From an uncultured Candidatus Saccharibacteria bacterium (GTDB lineage: Bacteria; Patescibacteriota; Minisyncoccia; Phycocordibacterales; PALSA-1337), in contig CAZLQL010000003.1 of NCBI GenBank assembly GCA_964561875.1, positions 5,822 through 69,821 of the forward strand: a stretch of DNA of 64,000 nucleotides, written 5' to 3'. This document shows, piece after piece, positions 47,566 through 58,094 of the stretch. The position numbers and the translations under genes are program-made. Under the pieces are notes generated by a model that worked only from the letters and a program-made list of their open reading frames with translations, had not been told where the DNA came from and made no database searches. The first letter of the stretch is position 1, and every line of letters starts with the position of its first letter.

Positions 47566-50430
47566 ATGAGTATATCCATAAGAAGAGCAGATGGAACATC
47601 AGTGCCGTTTAATGCAGATAGAATAAACCGCTCAATAGAGAGAGCGTGTTTTGGACTAACAGATCCTATATCAAAAGTTACTCAAATTGCTACAGAAACT
47701 CAACTTACTCTTCATGAGAATATGACTACAGAGGAAATGGACAGAGCAACCATAAATGCTGCTGTGCAGAATATAAAGGAAGATCCAGAATATGACAGGG
47801 TAGCTACCAGATTATTGCTTAAAACTATATATAGAAAAGTCGTAGGTGAATACGATAAGGATAGTTTTGATGATCTGAAGAAGAAACATAGAGATGGATT
47901 TATAAGATATATCAGAGATGGTGTTAAAAATAAGACTTTACATAAAAATATGGAAAGTCTATTTGATCTAGAGTCTCTAGCAGATACTCTTTCTCTAGAA
48001 AGAGATGAATTGTTCTTATATGCAGGTCTAGATGGTCTTGCACATAGATATATGATAAAGGATACAAATAGCAATGTAATAGAAACGCCTCAATATTTCT
48101 TTATGAGAGTTGCTATGGGTCTATCTTATGTAGAATCAAATCCAACAGAATACGCAAAGAAGTTTTATCACAAGATGTCAAAGCATGAATACATAGCTGG
48201 GGGTTCTGCAAATCTTGGTGCTGGTACTCCAAGTTCATCACTTTCAAACTGTTTCTTACTAGAAGTTCACGATGACATGTCTCATATAGCAAAATCAGTT
48301 TCTGATGTGCTATTACTTTCAAAGAGTTCTGGAGGTTTAGGAGTTTCAATAACAAAGTTGAGAGCATCTGGTTCACCTTTGAAATCAGGTTTCGGTGGAG
48401 CATCTAGTGGACCAACTCCGTTTGCAAAAATAATGGACACTTCTATAAGAGCGGTTATGAGAGGTGGTAAAAAAGTAGGTGCTCTATGTTTCTATATGGA
48501 ACCTTGGCATCTAGATTTTACAGAATTTATAGATTGGAAAAACAATAGCGGTGACGACTATGCTCGTATGAGAACAGCAAATACTGCTGTATATATTGCA
48601 GATGAATTTATGAAGAGATCAAGAGACGGAAAAGATTGGTATATGTTTGACCCTGCAGAAACACCAGATCTAAATGAGCTTTATGGACAAGCTTTCAGTA
48701 AAAGATATGGAGAGTATGTAGATATGGCAGACAAGGGAATGATGAGAACATTCAAGAAGATTCCTGCAAATGAATTATTTAGAAAAATACTCGTATCAAT
48801 GCAGACAACATCTCACCCTTGGCTAGTCTGGAAAGATACCATAAACCTACGTGCTTTAAACAATAATCGAGGTACTATACATATGTCTAATCTATGTACA
48901 GAGATCTGTTTACCTCAAGATAGAGAAAACGTTGCAGTATGTAATCTAGCTTCTATAAACCTTGCTGCACATGTAAGCAATAAACAGGTAAATTGGGGAA
49001 AACTTGAAGAGAGTGCAAGATTGGCTGTAAGACAACTAGACAACCTCATAGATATAAACATGCTACCAATCCCAGAAGCTGTAAGATCAGATAAAGAAAA
49101 CAGAGCAATGGGACTTGGAGTGATGGGATTTGCTGATGTTATAGAAAAACTAGGTATGGCATACGATAGTGAACATGCTTGGGATTTTGCAGATAGAATA
49201 TTTGAATTCGTAAGCTATATGGCTATCGATGAAAGCACAATACTAGCTCAAGAAAGAGGATCGTATAAACACTTTGAAGGATCTATGTGGTCAAAGGGTA
49301 AGGTTCCGATAGATTCTATAGAGACAGTTGAAAATGATAGAGGTATAAAAGTATCAGTTGTAAAAGATAGTAAACATAAAGGATTAAACTGGAACTTGTT
49401 AAGAGAAAAGGTTAAAAAGGGAATGAGAAATTCTACACTTATGGCAGTGGCTCCAAATGCCAACATAGGTTTGGTTGCAGGAACTACTCCAGGTATAGAT
49501 GCTAGATTCGCTCAGGTATTTTCAAGAAATAAAATTTCAGGAAAATACATGGACCTAAACCACAACTTGGTAAATGATTTAAAAAACATGGGTATTTGGG
49601 AAAAGGTAAGAGATCAAATAATAGAAAACCAAGGTGATATTGCACATATAGATGGAATTCCACAGTACTTAAAAGATATATACAAGACATCATTTACTAC
49701 TTCTCCTTATGCTTATATAGAAGTTGCAGCTAGAGCTCAAAAATGGGTAGATCAGGCACTATCAAGAAATATGTATCTTGAGACAAGAGATTTGGATGAA
49801 ACAATGGCGATATATGCAACAGCATGGGAAAAAGGTTTGAAATCTACTTATTATCTACATCTAAAACCTCGTCACACAGCAGAGCAGAGCACGATCAGAG
49901 TAAATAAAGCTGAAAAACTTGGAAAGATTGGTTTTGCTGCAGTTGCAAAGGCAAAGACAGAATCAACTCCAATAGAGACAAGTTCAGATGTTGCATTTTC
50001 TATGCCAAAGCAGAGTTCTATACCAGTAGCGTCTATAGTTCCAGAGCCAGTTGTTATAAAGGAACAACCTATCAAGCAGGTTGTCCCACAACCTTCAGTT
50101 GTAGAATTGACTCCTTCAAATATAATGTCAGAAGTTAAAGCAAAAGTACCAGTTTATGCTTCTGTTTCATCAGATACTACATTTGACGAAGTAAGTATAG
50201 TAAAAGAAAGTGAGGCCTCAGATATTCCAAGTATGGTTTCTATAAAAAATGTAGGTTTTGGTAAAATAAATTTGAACACAAATTCTACACAAAATAAATA
50301 TACAGAAATATCATCTATAAGTATGATGAGTGAAAAGGATAATTCAAATAGTGCAATCAAGCCAAAGGTAGCACCAAAGGTCTGTCCTATTGATCCAGCA
50401 GAAAGAGCACAATGTGATAGTTGTCAGTAA
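47566..50430 (+). CDS. nrdA: Ribonucleoside-diphosphate reductase alpha subunit (class I) with long C-terminal extension
   Basis: N-terminal ATP-cone (VPFNADRINRSIERAC), LSNCFLL, active-site SNLCTEI, and C-terminal redox pair CPIDPAERAQCDSCQ. 954 aa. Confidence 0.9.
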   Translation: MSISIRRADGTSVPFNADRINRSIERACFGLTDPISKVTQIATETQLTLHENMTTEEMDRATINAAVQNIKEDPEYDRVATRLLLKTIYRKVVGEYDKDSFDDLKKKHRDGFIRYIRDGVKNKTLHKNMESLFDLESLADTLSLERDELFLYAGLDGLAHRYMIKDTNSNVIETPQYFFMRVAMGLSYVESNPTEYAKKFYHKMSKHEYIAGGSANLGAGTPSSSLSNCFLLEVHDDMSHIAKSVSDVLLLSKSSGGLGVSITKLRASGSPLKSGFGGASSGPTPFAKIMDTSIRAVMRGGKKVGALCFYMEPWHLDFTEFIDWKNNSGDDYARMRTANTAVYIADEFMKRSRDGKDWYMFDPAETPDLNELYGQAFSKRYGEYVDMADKGMMRTFKKIPANELFRKILVSMQTTSHPWLVWKDTINLRALNNNRGTIHMSNLCTEICLPQDRENVAVCNLASINLAAHVSNKQVNWGKLEESARLAVRQLDNLIDINMLPIPEAVRSDKENRAMGLGVMGFADVIEKLGMAYDSEHAWDFADRIFEFVSYMAIDESTILAQERGSYKHFEGSMWSKGKVPIDSIETVENDRGIKVSVVKDSKHKGLNWNLLREKVKKGMRNSTLMAVAPNANIGLVAGTTPGIDARFAQVFSRNKISGKYMDLNHNLVNDLKNMGIWEKVRDQIIENQGDIAHIDGIPQYLKDIYKTSFTTSPYAYIEVAARAQKWVDQALSRNMYLETRDLDETMAIYATAWEKGLKSTYYLHLKPRHTAEQSTIRVNKAEKLGKIGFAAVAKAKTESTPIETSSDVAFSMPKQSSIPVASIVPEPVVIKEQPIKQVVPQPSVVELTPSNIMSEVKAKVPVYASVSSDTTFDEVSIVKESEASDIPSMVSIKNVGFGKINLNTNSTQNKYTEISSISMMSEKDNSNSAIKPKVAPKVCPIDPAERAQCDSCQ

Positions 50431-50463
50431 AATCAGATATTATCAATTTATTTATAAAACCAT

Positions 50464-51477
50464 ATGTTAATAGGAAAAGCATCACCAGAAGATACAAGTC
50501 TCCATCCCATAAAGTATAAATGGGCTTATGACCTGTACAATCAGGCAGTAAGAAATACTTGGTTTCCACATGAAATCACTCTAAAGGAAGATATGGATGA
50601 CTGGAAGAAAATGACTGAAGATGAAAGACATGCAGTTACATTTCTAATGGCATTCTTCAATCCAGCCGAGCTTATAGTAAATAGATCGATAGCACTTGGA
50701 ATATATCCATATCTAAAATCCCCAGAATGTCACTTGTATCTAGCAAAGCAAATGTGGGAAGAAGCAAATCACTGTGTTGCATTTGAATATGTGCTTGAGA
50801 CTTTTCCTTTCGATAGAGAAAAAATATACAACCTCCATCTAGAAGTCCCTTCAATGAAAGCAAAAGAGGACTATATAAATAAATACATGAAGAGAATGAC
50901 AAATGTCTCTCTTGATGTAAGTACTACAGAAGGAAAGAAAGATTTCATAAGAAATCTTGTTGCAACAAATATTGTGATGGAAGGAATATGGTTCTATTCA
51001 GGATTTATGGTTGCTCTATCATTCCGTCAGAGAAAGCAACTTAGAAATTTCGGTTCAATGATCAACTGGGTTTTGAGAGATGAAAGCCTCCATTTAAAGT
51101 TCGGTATGAATCTTATCCATAACATTCTTGAGGAAAATCAGGATCTCTTAACAGAAGATTTTGCAAATGAAATAAGAAACATAATCATAGAGGGTGTAGA
51201 CAAAGAGGTAGATTACAACATGGATCTTTTCCCAAATGGTATTCTTGGTCTAAATGCAGATTATGTAAATCAATACGTAAAATATGTTACAGATCGTCGT
51301 TTAGAGGAACTAGGTTTTCCTCCGCACTACAATGCAACAAATCCAGCAAAATGGATGTCTACAGCTACAGATGTATACGAATTAGTAAATTTCTTTGAAG
51401 CTCAAAATACTAGCTATGAAGTAGATGTAAGGGCACACTCAGAAAAGAAAGAAGAAAAGAAGGAGGCAGGGGAGTAG
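50464..51477 (+). CDS. nrdB: Ribonucleoside-diphosphate reductase beta subunit (class I)
   Basis: Di-iron ligand motifs EEANHCVAFEY and RDESLHLKFG. 337 aa. Confidence 0.9.
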   Translation: MLIGKASPEDTSLHPIKYKWAYDLYNQAVRNTWFPHEITLKEDMDDWKKMTEDERHAVTFLMAFFNPAELIVNRSIALGIYPYLKSPECHLYLAKQMWEEANHCVAFEYVLETFPFDREKIYNLHLEVPSMKAKEDYINKYMKRMTNVSLDVSTTEGKKDFIRNLVATNIVMEGIWFYSGFMVALSFRQRKQLRNFGSMINWVLRDESLHLKFGMNLIHNILEENQDLLTEDFANEIRNIIIEGVDKEVDYNMDLFPNGILGLNADYVNQYVKYVTDRRLEELGFPPHYNATNPAKWMSTATDVYELVNFFEAQNTSYEVDVRAHSEKKEEKKEAGE

Positions 51478-51541
51478 GTTAAAAACAGTCAGTTTGTTAT
51501 ATACAACAAAATAATATTTAGGAAGAAATAACTATACCTAT

Positions 51542-51571
51542 TTGCCATTTTATATTTATATATGGTATAAT
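51542..51571 (+). promoter_or_regulatory. Promoter TTGCCA-N18-TGGTATAAT for rnpB
   Basis: Extended -10 TGnTATAAT ending 6 nt before the predicted P1 start. Confidence 0.45.
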
Positions 51572-51576
51572 TATTG

Positions 51577-51914
51577 TGTACCAGACAGTTGCTGTGATAT
51601 GAAAATATCATAGAGGAAAGTCCGAACATCGGTCTATTTATTTAGACAGCAAGGTAGCGGGTAACGCCCGTCAGTCGAAGGACTAGAGGTGCGAACAGAG
51701 ACGTCTTTATTGGAAACGATAAAGAAACCCTTAGGGGTTAGCTTGTATAGAAATATACGAGGTGCAACGGCAAAATCCTTACCCCGATGCAAGGCCGTGC
51801 TTGTAAATAGTAAAATATTTATAAGAGTGCCGCTTGAGGTTAACTGCAAAGTTAATCCCAGATAAATGACTGTCGTTCGTCTTTGGCGAATACAGAATTC
51901 GGCTTACAGGTACA
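51577..51914 (+). ncRNA. rnpB: RNase P RNA (bacterial)
   Basis: AGGAAAGUCCGAAC (P4 5' strand) and ACAGAAUUCGGCUUA (P4 3' strand/3' end consensus). P1 TGTACC/GGTACA pairing. P3 hairpin TGTGATAT-gaaa-ATATCATA. GGUGCAACGGCAAA (P10-12 region). Confidence 0.8.
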
Positions 51915-51916
51915 AT

Positions 51917-54457
51917 ATGAAAAAACTCTCCTTAGCGGTGAGTTTTTTCATTTATATAAATACCTATTTTTATACATATGTTTTTGATATAATATTATCT
52001 GTTATTAATATAGTAAAAATAGAAATGAATCCAACAACAAAGAGTGCATTATTAGAAAAGATAGAATCATTGGCGATATATGCGGGCGTACTTCTAGCAA
52101 TAGTAGGTTTTATACCAACAAATATAATACCTTTTGATACTGCAAAGACTGTATTTATCGCTGGATCAGTATTACTAGCTATATTTGCTTGCATTGTAAA
52201 ATCAATCAAAAGTAATTCATTTACTATACCTACTGGTCCTATAGCTTATACAAGCTATTTGATCATACTGTCTGCAATAGCTTCATCGATACTTAGTAAA
52301 AATTTTGTAAAATCATTCTTTGGACAAGGATTTGAAATGTATACTGGTAGTTTCCTCATCATAATGGTTCTTGGAATGATATTTTCCATAAGATTTTTCG
52401 ACAATCAAGATAAAAAAGTATTCAATGTATTTGCCATAATATCTCTAGCATATATATTTGTATTTCTTTATCAGATAATGAAGGTATTTGGCGGAGACAC
52501 ATTCTTTACTATGGGTGTATTCAATAGTGCTACATCAAGTATTGTTGGAAAATGGTATGACTTCTCTATTTTTTCTCTTGTAGCATCACTTCTATCTATA
52601 TTTGCTATAAAGTTCTTACCAATAAAAGGTAAGGTTAGAATAGGGTTTTTCATTCTATTTGTAATATCTTTAATATCTCTTCTTATAACAAATTTCTCAA
52701 TATCTTGGTGTGTGCTATCTATCGTAAGTTTACTACTTGGAATATATGAATTTACTTCAAATAAAGTTAAATCAGATGGTAGTTCACAAACAGTAAAATT
52801 AAAGAGATACTCATTATTTACAATAGTAATATTTGTAGTATCTGTTCTAGGATATTGGCAACATGATTTTATAGGTAAGACAGTTTATAAAGTATTTAAG
52901 TTAAACAATATAGAGTTAGTTTTGCCATGGCAGTACACTCTAGATGTTGCCACGGGAACAATTAAAGAGTCACCTTTATTTGGTTCTGGTCCGAATAGAT
53001 TCTCATATGAATTTCTAAAATATAAACCAAACACAATAAACAATACTCCTTTCTGGTCAGTAGAATTTGTAAATGGGGTTGGTGTACTACCTACTTTATT
53101 TATAAATCTAGGTTTAGTTGGTAGTATTTTGTGGATAGTTTTCTTGGTTCTATTTGTGAGATTGGGTATATTAACATTAAAAAATAAAAATGAAGGATTT
53201 AAGAAATATACTATAGTATCTTCATTCTTTATATCGTTGTCTCTTTGGATGGTTATGTTTGCATACAATCCATCACATGCATTATATTTCCTAACTTTCG
53301 TATTTACAGGTATATTCTTTTCAACAGCATTAAATTCAAATCTGATTAGATTAAAAGAATACAATCTAGGTAAGCAGTCATTCATAAGCAAAGTAATGTG
53401 GTTGGTGCCATTTGTTGGAGTATTAGCTGTAGTTGTGTGGGGTCTAATATATGTAAAAAAAGTTATAGCAATTACTTATTTCCAAATGGGTATTAAAGAA
53501 ATATCTACCGGTAAATCAGTAGATAATGCTGAAAAGTATTTTACATCATCAAACAAATGGGATACTTACGATGTTTATTATCAAGCTCTTTCTGAAGTAT
53601 CAATATTGAAAATAAATAACTTTACTCAAGAGTTTAATGCAAAGCAGGTTAAGCCTACAGAAAAGGAAGTGGGTGCTGTATCAACAATGATAAATAATGG
53701 AATAGATAATTCTAAGAAAGCTATAGAGTTTGATACAACAAATTATTACAATTATACTTCTTTAGCTAGAGTTGCTGATGTTGCTTCTTCACTAAAGGTT
53801 GCAAATGCTTATGAAAATTCAAGAGGAGGATATATTGAAGCATTAAAATACAATCCAGCTAACCCAGCTATATACCTTTCATTAGCAAAATTGGATGCAG
53901 TAAATGGAAAGATAGATGAAGCAAAACAAAATATCCAAAGATCACTTATTTTGAAACAGGATTATACAGACGCAGTGTTCTTATTGTCTCAGATTCAGAC
54001 TCAAAATGGAGAAATAGCAAATGCAATAGAATCTACAAAGGTTGCAACACAGATTGAACCATCAAACTCAGTATTATTCTTCCAACTTGGAATATTGTAT
54101 TACAATAATAAAGACTATAAGAATGCTTCAGAAGCTCTAAATAAAGCAGTATCATTGAATGGTCAGTATGCAAATGCTAGATATTTCCTTGGTCTAGCTT
54201 ACGCAAGGTTGAATGATGATAAAAATGCCATAACTCAGTTTGAAGAGTTGGTAAAAACAAATCCTGATAACCAAGAAGTAGCACTTATTCTATCGAATCT
54301 AAAACTCGGTAAGTCACCATTTAGTGATGCAAAACCACCTATAGATAGTAAACCAGAGAAGAGAAGTAAACTTCCTGTTGTAGAGAAGTCAAATGCATCA
54401 TCTGGGACAAATAGTGGAACAGGCTCAAATACAACAAAAGCAAAATCTGCAAACTAG
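51917..54457 (+). CDS. O-antigen ligase-like polytopic membrane protein with C-terminal TPR repeats (paralogue of 38381-40603)
   Basis: ~12 TM helices followed by TPR-like repeats (YNNKDYKNASEALNKAVSLNGQYANARYFLGLAYARLND...). Start moved from the track's 51866 because that region is RNase P RNA. Confidence 0.5.
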   Translation: MKKLSLAVSFFIYINTYFYTYVFDIILSVINIVKIEMNPTTKSALLEKIESLAIYAGVLLAIVGFIPTNIIPFDTAKTVFIAGSVLLAIFACIVKSIKSNSFTIPTGPIAYTSYLIILSAIASSILSKNFVKSFFGQGFEMYTGSFLIIMVLGMIFSIRFFDNQDKKVFNVFAIISLAYIFVFLYQIMKVFGGDTFFTMGVFNSATSSIVGKWYDFSIFSLVASLLSIFAIKFLPIKGKVRIGFFILFVISLISLLITNFSISWCVLSIVSLLLGIYEFTSNKVKSDGSSQTVKLKRYSLFTIVIFVVSVLGYWQHDFIGKTVYKVFKLNNIELVLPWQYTLDVATGTIKESPLFGSGPNRFSYEFLKYKPNTINNTPFWSVEFVNGVGVLPTLFINLGLVGSILWIVFLVLFVRLGILTLKNKNEGFKKYTIVSSFFISLSLWMVMFAYNPSHALYFLTFVFTGIFFSTALNSNLIRLKEYNLGKQSFISKVMWLVPFVGVLAVVVWGLIYVKKVIAITYFQMGIKEISTGKSVDNAEKYFTSSNKWDTYDVYYQALSEVSILKINNFTQEFNAKQVKPTEKEVGAVSTMINNGIDNSKKAIEFDTTNYYNYTSLARVADVASSLKVANAYENSRGGYIEALKYNPANPAIYLSLAKLDAVNGKIDEAKQNIQRSLILKQDYTDAVFLLSQIQTQNGEIANAIESTKVATQIEPSNSVLFFQLGILYYNNKDYKNASEALNKAVSLNGQYANARYFLGLAYARLNDDKNAITQFEELVKTNPDNQEVALILSNLKLGKSPFSDAKPPIDSKPEKRSKLPVVEKSNASSGTNSGTGSNTTKAKSAN

Positions 54458-54463
54458 TAGTGT

Positions 54464-56143
54464 ATGGTAAAAAAGATATTTAGTTTCTTAAGTAAAGAAG
54501 TTTCTGATTTGCATGAAGCTGCATATCTTTTGGCTTTTTTTACTTTTGCTTCTCAAATCTTAGCTATCGTTAGAGATAAATTACTAGCATATCACTTCGG
54601 TGCTGGCATTGAACTAGATATATATTATGCAGCATTTAGAATACCTGATCTTATATTTGTTTCGATCGGTTCTATAGTGTCAGTATCAGTTCTATTACCA
54701 TTTATAACTGAAGCCTATGCAGAAGGTAAGGAAAAAGGAAGAAAGTTTACTGACAGTATCTTTTCAGTATTCTTTTTTTCTCTAATTATAACTAGCATAA
54801 TAGTTATTATATTCACAAATCCCTTATTAAAAATTCTTTTACCAGGATTAAAGGATAGTGTTAGATTTGATGATTTGGTAGCAATGACCAGAATATTACT
54901 TTTATCACCAATTTTTCTTGGTATATCGAACTTTATATCAAACATTACACAAATGCATAAACGATTCTTAGTTTATGCACTTAGTCCTATTATGTACAAT
55001 ATGGGAATAATATTTGGAATATTATTTCTTTTCCCAAAGTTTGGTTTGTACGGTTTATCATTCGGTGTAATCATAGGAGCATTTGTGCATATGTTTATAC
55101 AACTACCATTTATTCTCGGAAGAGGTATTTCACCTAGATTAACAATAAATATAGATTGGCAACAAGTTAAAAAGGTGTTGCTGGTATCACTACCTAGAAC
55201 TTTAGCTTTATCATCTAGTCAGCTTACTTCATTCTTTTTGATATCACTTGCTTCACTTATGAGTGGAGGTGCAATATCAATATTTAATCTAGCCTTAAAC
55301 CTTCAGTCTGTACCGCTAGCAATTGTAGGGGTTAGTTATTCTTCTGCAATATTTCCTGCATTATCAAAATACTTTGTTGATGGAGAGAAAGATAAATTCA
55401 TATCAAAAGTTATAGAATCAGGAAGACATATTATATTCTGGTCTGTACCAATCACAATACTTTTTATTGTTTTAAGAGCACAGATAGTCAGAACAATATT
55501 TGGTGCAGGAAACTTTGACTGGTCAGACACTAGGTTGACTGCAGCTGCACTTGCTCTATTTGTTATATCAGTTTCAGCACAAAGCTTAATACTATTATTT
55601 ATGAGGGCTTGTTATGCTAGAGGCAAGACTAGAATGCCTCTACTTGTAAATGTATTTTCTTCTTTGGTAATTGTTATTCTCGCATATTTCTTGAGTCATA
55701 TATTCAAATCAGTCCCAGTTTTTGCATATTTTATAGAAGATATGTTCAAAGTGAGTGGCGAGATCGGTACTATCATATTAGTATTACCACTTTCATATAC
55801 TATAGGAAATATCATAAATCTTGTAATTTATTGGTATATTTATGAAAAAGATTATCCAGGTCTATCGAGATCTATACTCCCATCTTTCTATCAGATTTTT
55901 GCAGGATCTGTGATTATGGGGTATGTTACATTTATATCCCTAAGGTTCTTTAATGTCTATTTTCCATTAACAAAGGTCTGGGGAGTGTTTTTACAGGGCT
56001 TTTGTGCTGGTATAGTCGGTATATTGTCACTTATAATCATTTTGCGTATATTGAACAATAAGGAGTTAAAGGAGGTTTGGGAAACCCTACATCATAAGAT
56101 ATGGAAAGCAAAAGTTGTTATTCCAGAACAAGATAGTCTGTAG
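54464..56143 (+). CDS. murJ: Lipid II flippase MurJ (MviN)
   Basis: LLAYHFGAGIELDIYYAAFRIPDLIF matches the MurJ N-terminal signature. 14-TM, 559 aa. Confidence 0.8.
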   Translation: MVKKIFSFLSKEVSDLHEAAYLLAFFTFASQILAIVRDKLLAYHFGAGIELDIYYAAFRIPDLIFVSIGSIVSVSVLLPFITEAYAEGKEKGRKFTDSIFSVFFFSLIITSIIVIIFTNPLLKILLPGLKDSVRFDDLVAMTRILLLSPIFLGISNFISNITQMHKRFLVYALSPIMYNMGIIFGILFLFPKFGLYGLSFGVIIGAFVHMFIQLPFILGRGISPRLTINIDWQQVKKVLLVSLPRTLALSSSQLTSFFLISLASLMSGGAISIFNLALNLQSVPLAIVGVSYSSAIFPALSKYFVDGEKDKFISKVIESGRHIIFWSVPITILFIVLRAQIVRTIFGAGNFDWSDTRLTAAALALFVISVSAQSLILLFMRACYARGKTRMPLLVNVFSSLVIVILAYFLSHIFKSVPVFAYFIEDMFKVSGEIGTIILVLPLSYTIGNIINLVIYWYIYEKDYPGLSRSILPSFYQIFAGSVIMGYVTFISLRFFNVYFPLTKVWGVFLQGFCAGIVGILSLIIILRILNNKELKEVWETLHHKIWKAKVVIPEQDSL

Positions 56144-56145
56144 GA

Positions 56146-57951
56146 TTGTGTGTATTTATGAATAATAAAACTAATATAAATTTAATAAGAAACTTTTCAA
56201 TTATTGCCCATATAGATCATGGTAAGTCTACTCTTGCTGATAGAATGCTAGAACTTACAGGGACAATAGAGAAGAGAAAGATGCAAGAACAAGTACTAGA
56301 TAGTATGGAACTTGAACGTGAAAGAGGTATTACTATCAAGATGCAACCAGTAAGGATGAAATTCGGCGAATATATTTTAAATCTTATAGACACTCCAGGA
56401 CATATAGATTTTTCTTATGAAGTTTCAAGAGCACTAAAAGCTGTAGAAGGATCTATACTTCTGGTAGATGCAACACAAGGCGTTCAGGCTCAAACACTTA
56501 CTACATTGAATATGGCGATAGAGTCAGGTCTAGTGATCATACCTGTAGTATCAAAAATCGATTCTCCTTTAGCTAGAATAGATGATGTTGTAAAAGAAGT
56601 TTGTGAATTACTTAAGTGTGATGAAAGTGAAATATTAAAGGTTTCTGGAAAAACAGGAGAGGGAGTTACAAACTTACTTTCAGAAATTGTAAAAAGAGTA
56701 CCACCACCAAAACCTATAAATGATAGTAATAATTTTAAATCACTAGTTTTTGATTTTCAGTATTCAAACCATAAAGGAGTAATAGTTTATGTGAGAGTGA
56801 TGAATGGTAGTGTAAGTCGTCATGACAATCTATTATTCAAGGTAAGCAAAGAGAAATTTCAATCACTCGAAGTTGGAATATTCTCGCCGGATGATATACC
56901 TACAGAGTCATTATCTGCAGGAGAAATAGGATATATAGTAACTGGTATAAAGGAGCCTGGAATAGCATCAGTGGGAGATACTGTATCTTCAGCAAATGAT
57001 ACAGATACACCTTTGCCAGGTTATATGAGCCCTAGACCAGTAGTTTGGGCTTCTATATACCCAGAGAGTCAGGATGACTTCAATTCCTTAAGACAAGCCC
57101 TAGGTAGACTTAGACTATCTGATTCGTCTTTTACTTATGAAGAAGAATCTTCAGGTACTTTGGGTAGAGGATTTAGATCAGGATTTTTGGGAATGTTACA
57201 TCTAGAAATAATCACAGAAAGATTGAGAAGAGAATTTAACCTTCAACTTGTAGTAACAATACCAAGTATCACATACAATGTTGAATTGAAAAATAATAAA
57301 ACTGTAACTGTATATTCACCTACATTTTTTCCTGAGGATAATGAAATAAAAAGAGTCTTAGAACCTCTTGTAAATATGAAAATCATATGTCCACCACAAT
57401 ATCTCGGTGCTATTATGCAATCTGTATTTGCACATGAAGGGGAAGTTTCCTCTACAGAAAACTTCGGTGAGAATAGAACATCACTCACACTTGTAATGCC
57501 TCTTAGAGAATTGATGAGGAATTTCTTTGATGAAATAAAGAGTATATCATCAGGTTTTGCTTCCATATCATATGAAATTGGAGAATATAGAGAAGCTAAT
57601 GTTGCTAGGATGGATATATTGGTAGCAGATGAAATAGTCCCAGCATTTTCGAGAGTTGTATCTAGATTAAGATTGGAAGAAGAAGCAAAAGCTTCTGTTG
57701 AGAAATTGCATAAGATCTTACCAAGACAGATGTTTACCATGAAGATTCAAGCAAAGTCTTTGGGTAGAATAATATCATCAGAAACATTGTCAGGAATGAA
57801 AAAGGACGTGACTCAACATATGTATGGTGGTGATAGAACAAGAAAGATGAAACTATGGGAAAAACAAAAAGAAGGAAAAAAGAAAATGAAAGAAATAGGT
57901 AAGGTAAATATTCCACAAGATGTGTTTATAAAAATGATGAGAGCAGATTAA
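56146..57951 (+). CDS. lepA: Elongation factor 4 (LepA)
   Basis: IRNFSIIAHIDHGKSTLADR G1 motif, DTPGHIDF. 601 aa with LepA C-terminal domain. Confidence 0.95.
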   Translation: MCVFMNNKTNINLIRNFSIIAHIDHGKSTLADRMLELTGTIEKRKMQEQVLDSMELERERGITIKMQPVRMKFGEYILNLIDTPGHIDFSYEVSRALKAVEGSILLVDATQGVQAQTLTTLNMAIESGLVIIPVVSKIDSPLARIDDVVKEVCELLKCDESEILKVSGKTGEGVTNLLSEIVKRVPPPKPINDSNNFKSLVFDFQYSNHKGVIVYVRVMNGSVSRHDNLLFKVSKEKFQSLEVGIFSPDDIPTESLSAGEIGYIVTGIKEPGIASVGDTVSSANDTDTPLPGYMSPRPVVWASIYPESQDDFNSLRQALGRLRLSDSSFTYEEESSGTLGRGFRSGFLGMLHLEIITERLRREFNLQLVVTIPSITYNVELKNNKTVTVYSPTFFPEDNEIKRVLEPLVNMKIICPPQYLGAIMQSVFAHEGEVSSTENFGENRTSLTLVMPLRELMRNFFDEIKSISSGFASISYEIGEYREANVARMDILVADEIVPAFSRVVSRLRLEEEAKASVEKLHKILPRQMFTMKIQAKSLGRIISSETLSGMKKDVTQHMYGGDRTRKMKLWEKQKEGKKKMKEIGKVNIPQDVFIKMMRAD

Positions 57952-57954
57952 TAT

Positions 57955-57982
57955 AAGAGATTATATCATCTCTCTTATTAAA
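57955..57982 (+). terminator. Weak hairpin terminator after lepA
   Basis: AGAGAT-tatatc-ATCTCT followed by a T/A-rich tail. Confidence 0.25.
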
Positions 57983-58094
57983 TAAGATTTTGTATATTGT
58001 GCAAATGTTTATACAAGTGCAGAAAGGCTGAATGCCACCATGCTAAGTGTAACCAAAATAGCTACAACTATCATGATATATCTAAGGTATTTCT

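Noticed and set aside
51866-51916. Track start codon of the 863-aa ORF at 51866
   Set aside because: It lies within the RNase P RNA (P4 3' strand/P1). The in-frame ATG at 51917 directly after the RNA is the plausible start.
469-58000. Antisense or embedded shadow ORFs from the track (e.g. 469-813, 1162-1380, 1467-1649, 2765-3106, 4729-5025, 8238-8459, 12498-12887, 17324-17665, 35501-35974, 47712-48074, 52885-53391, 57243-57740)
   Set aside because: Each lies wholly inside and antisense or out of frame to a longer ORF with clear family motifs, and shows low-complexity translations without motifs.
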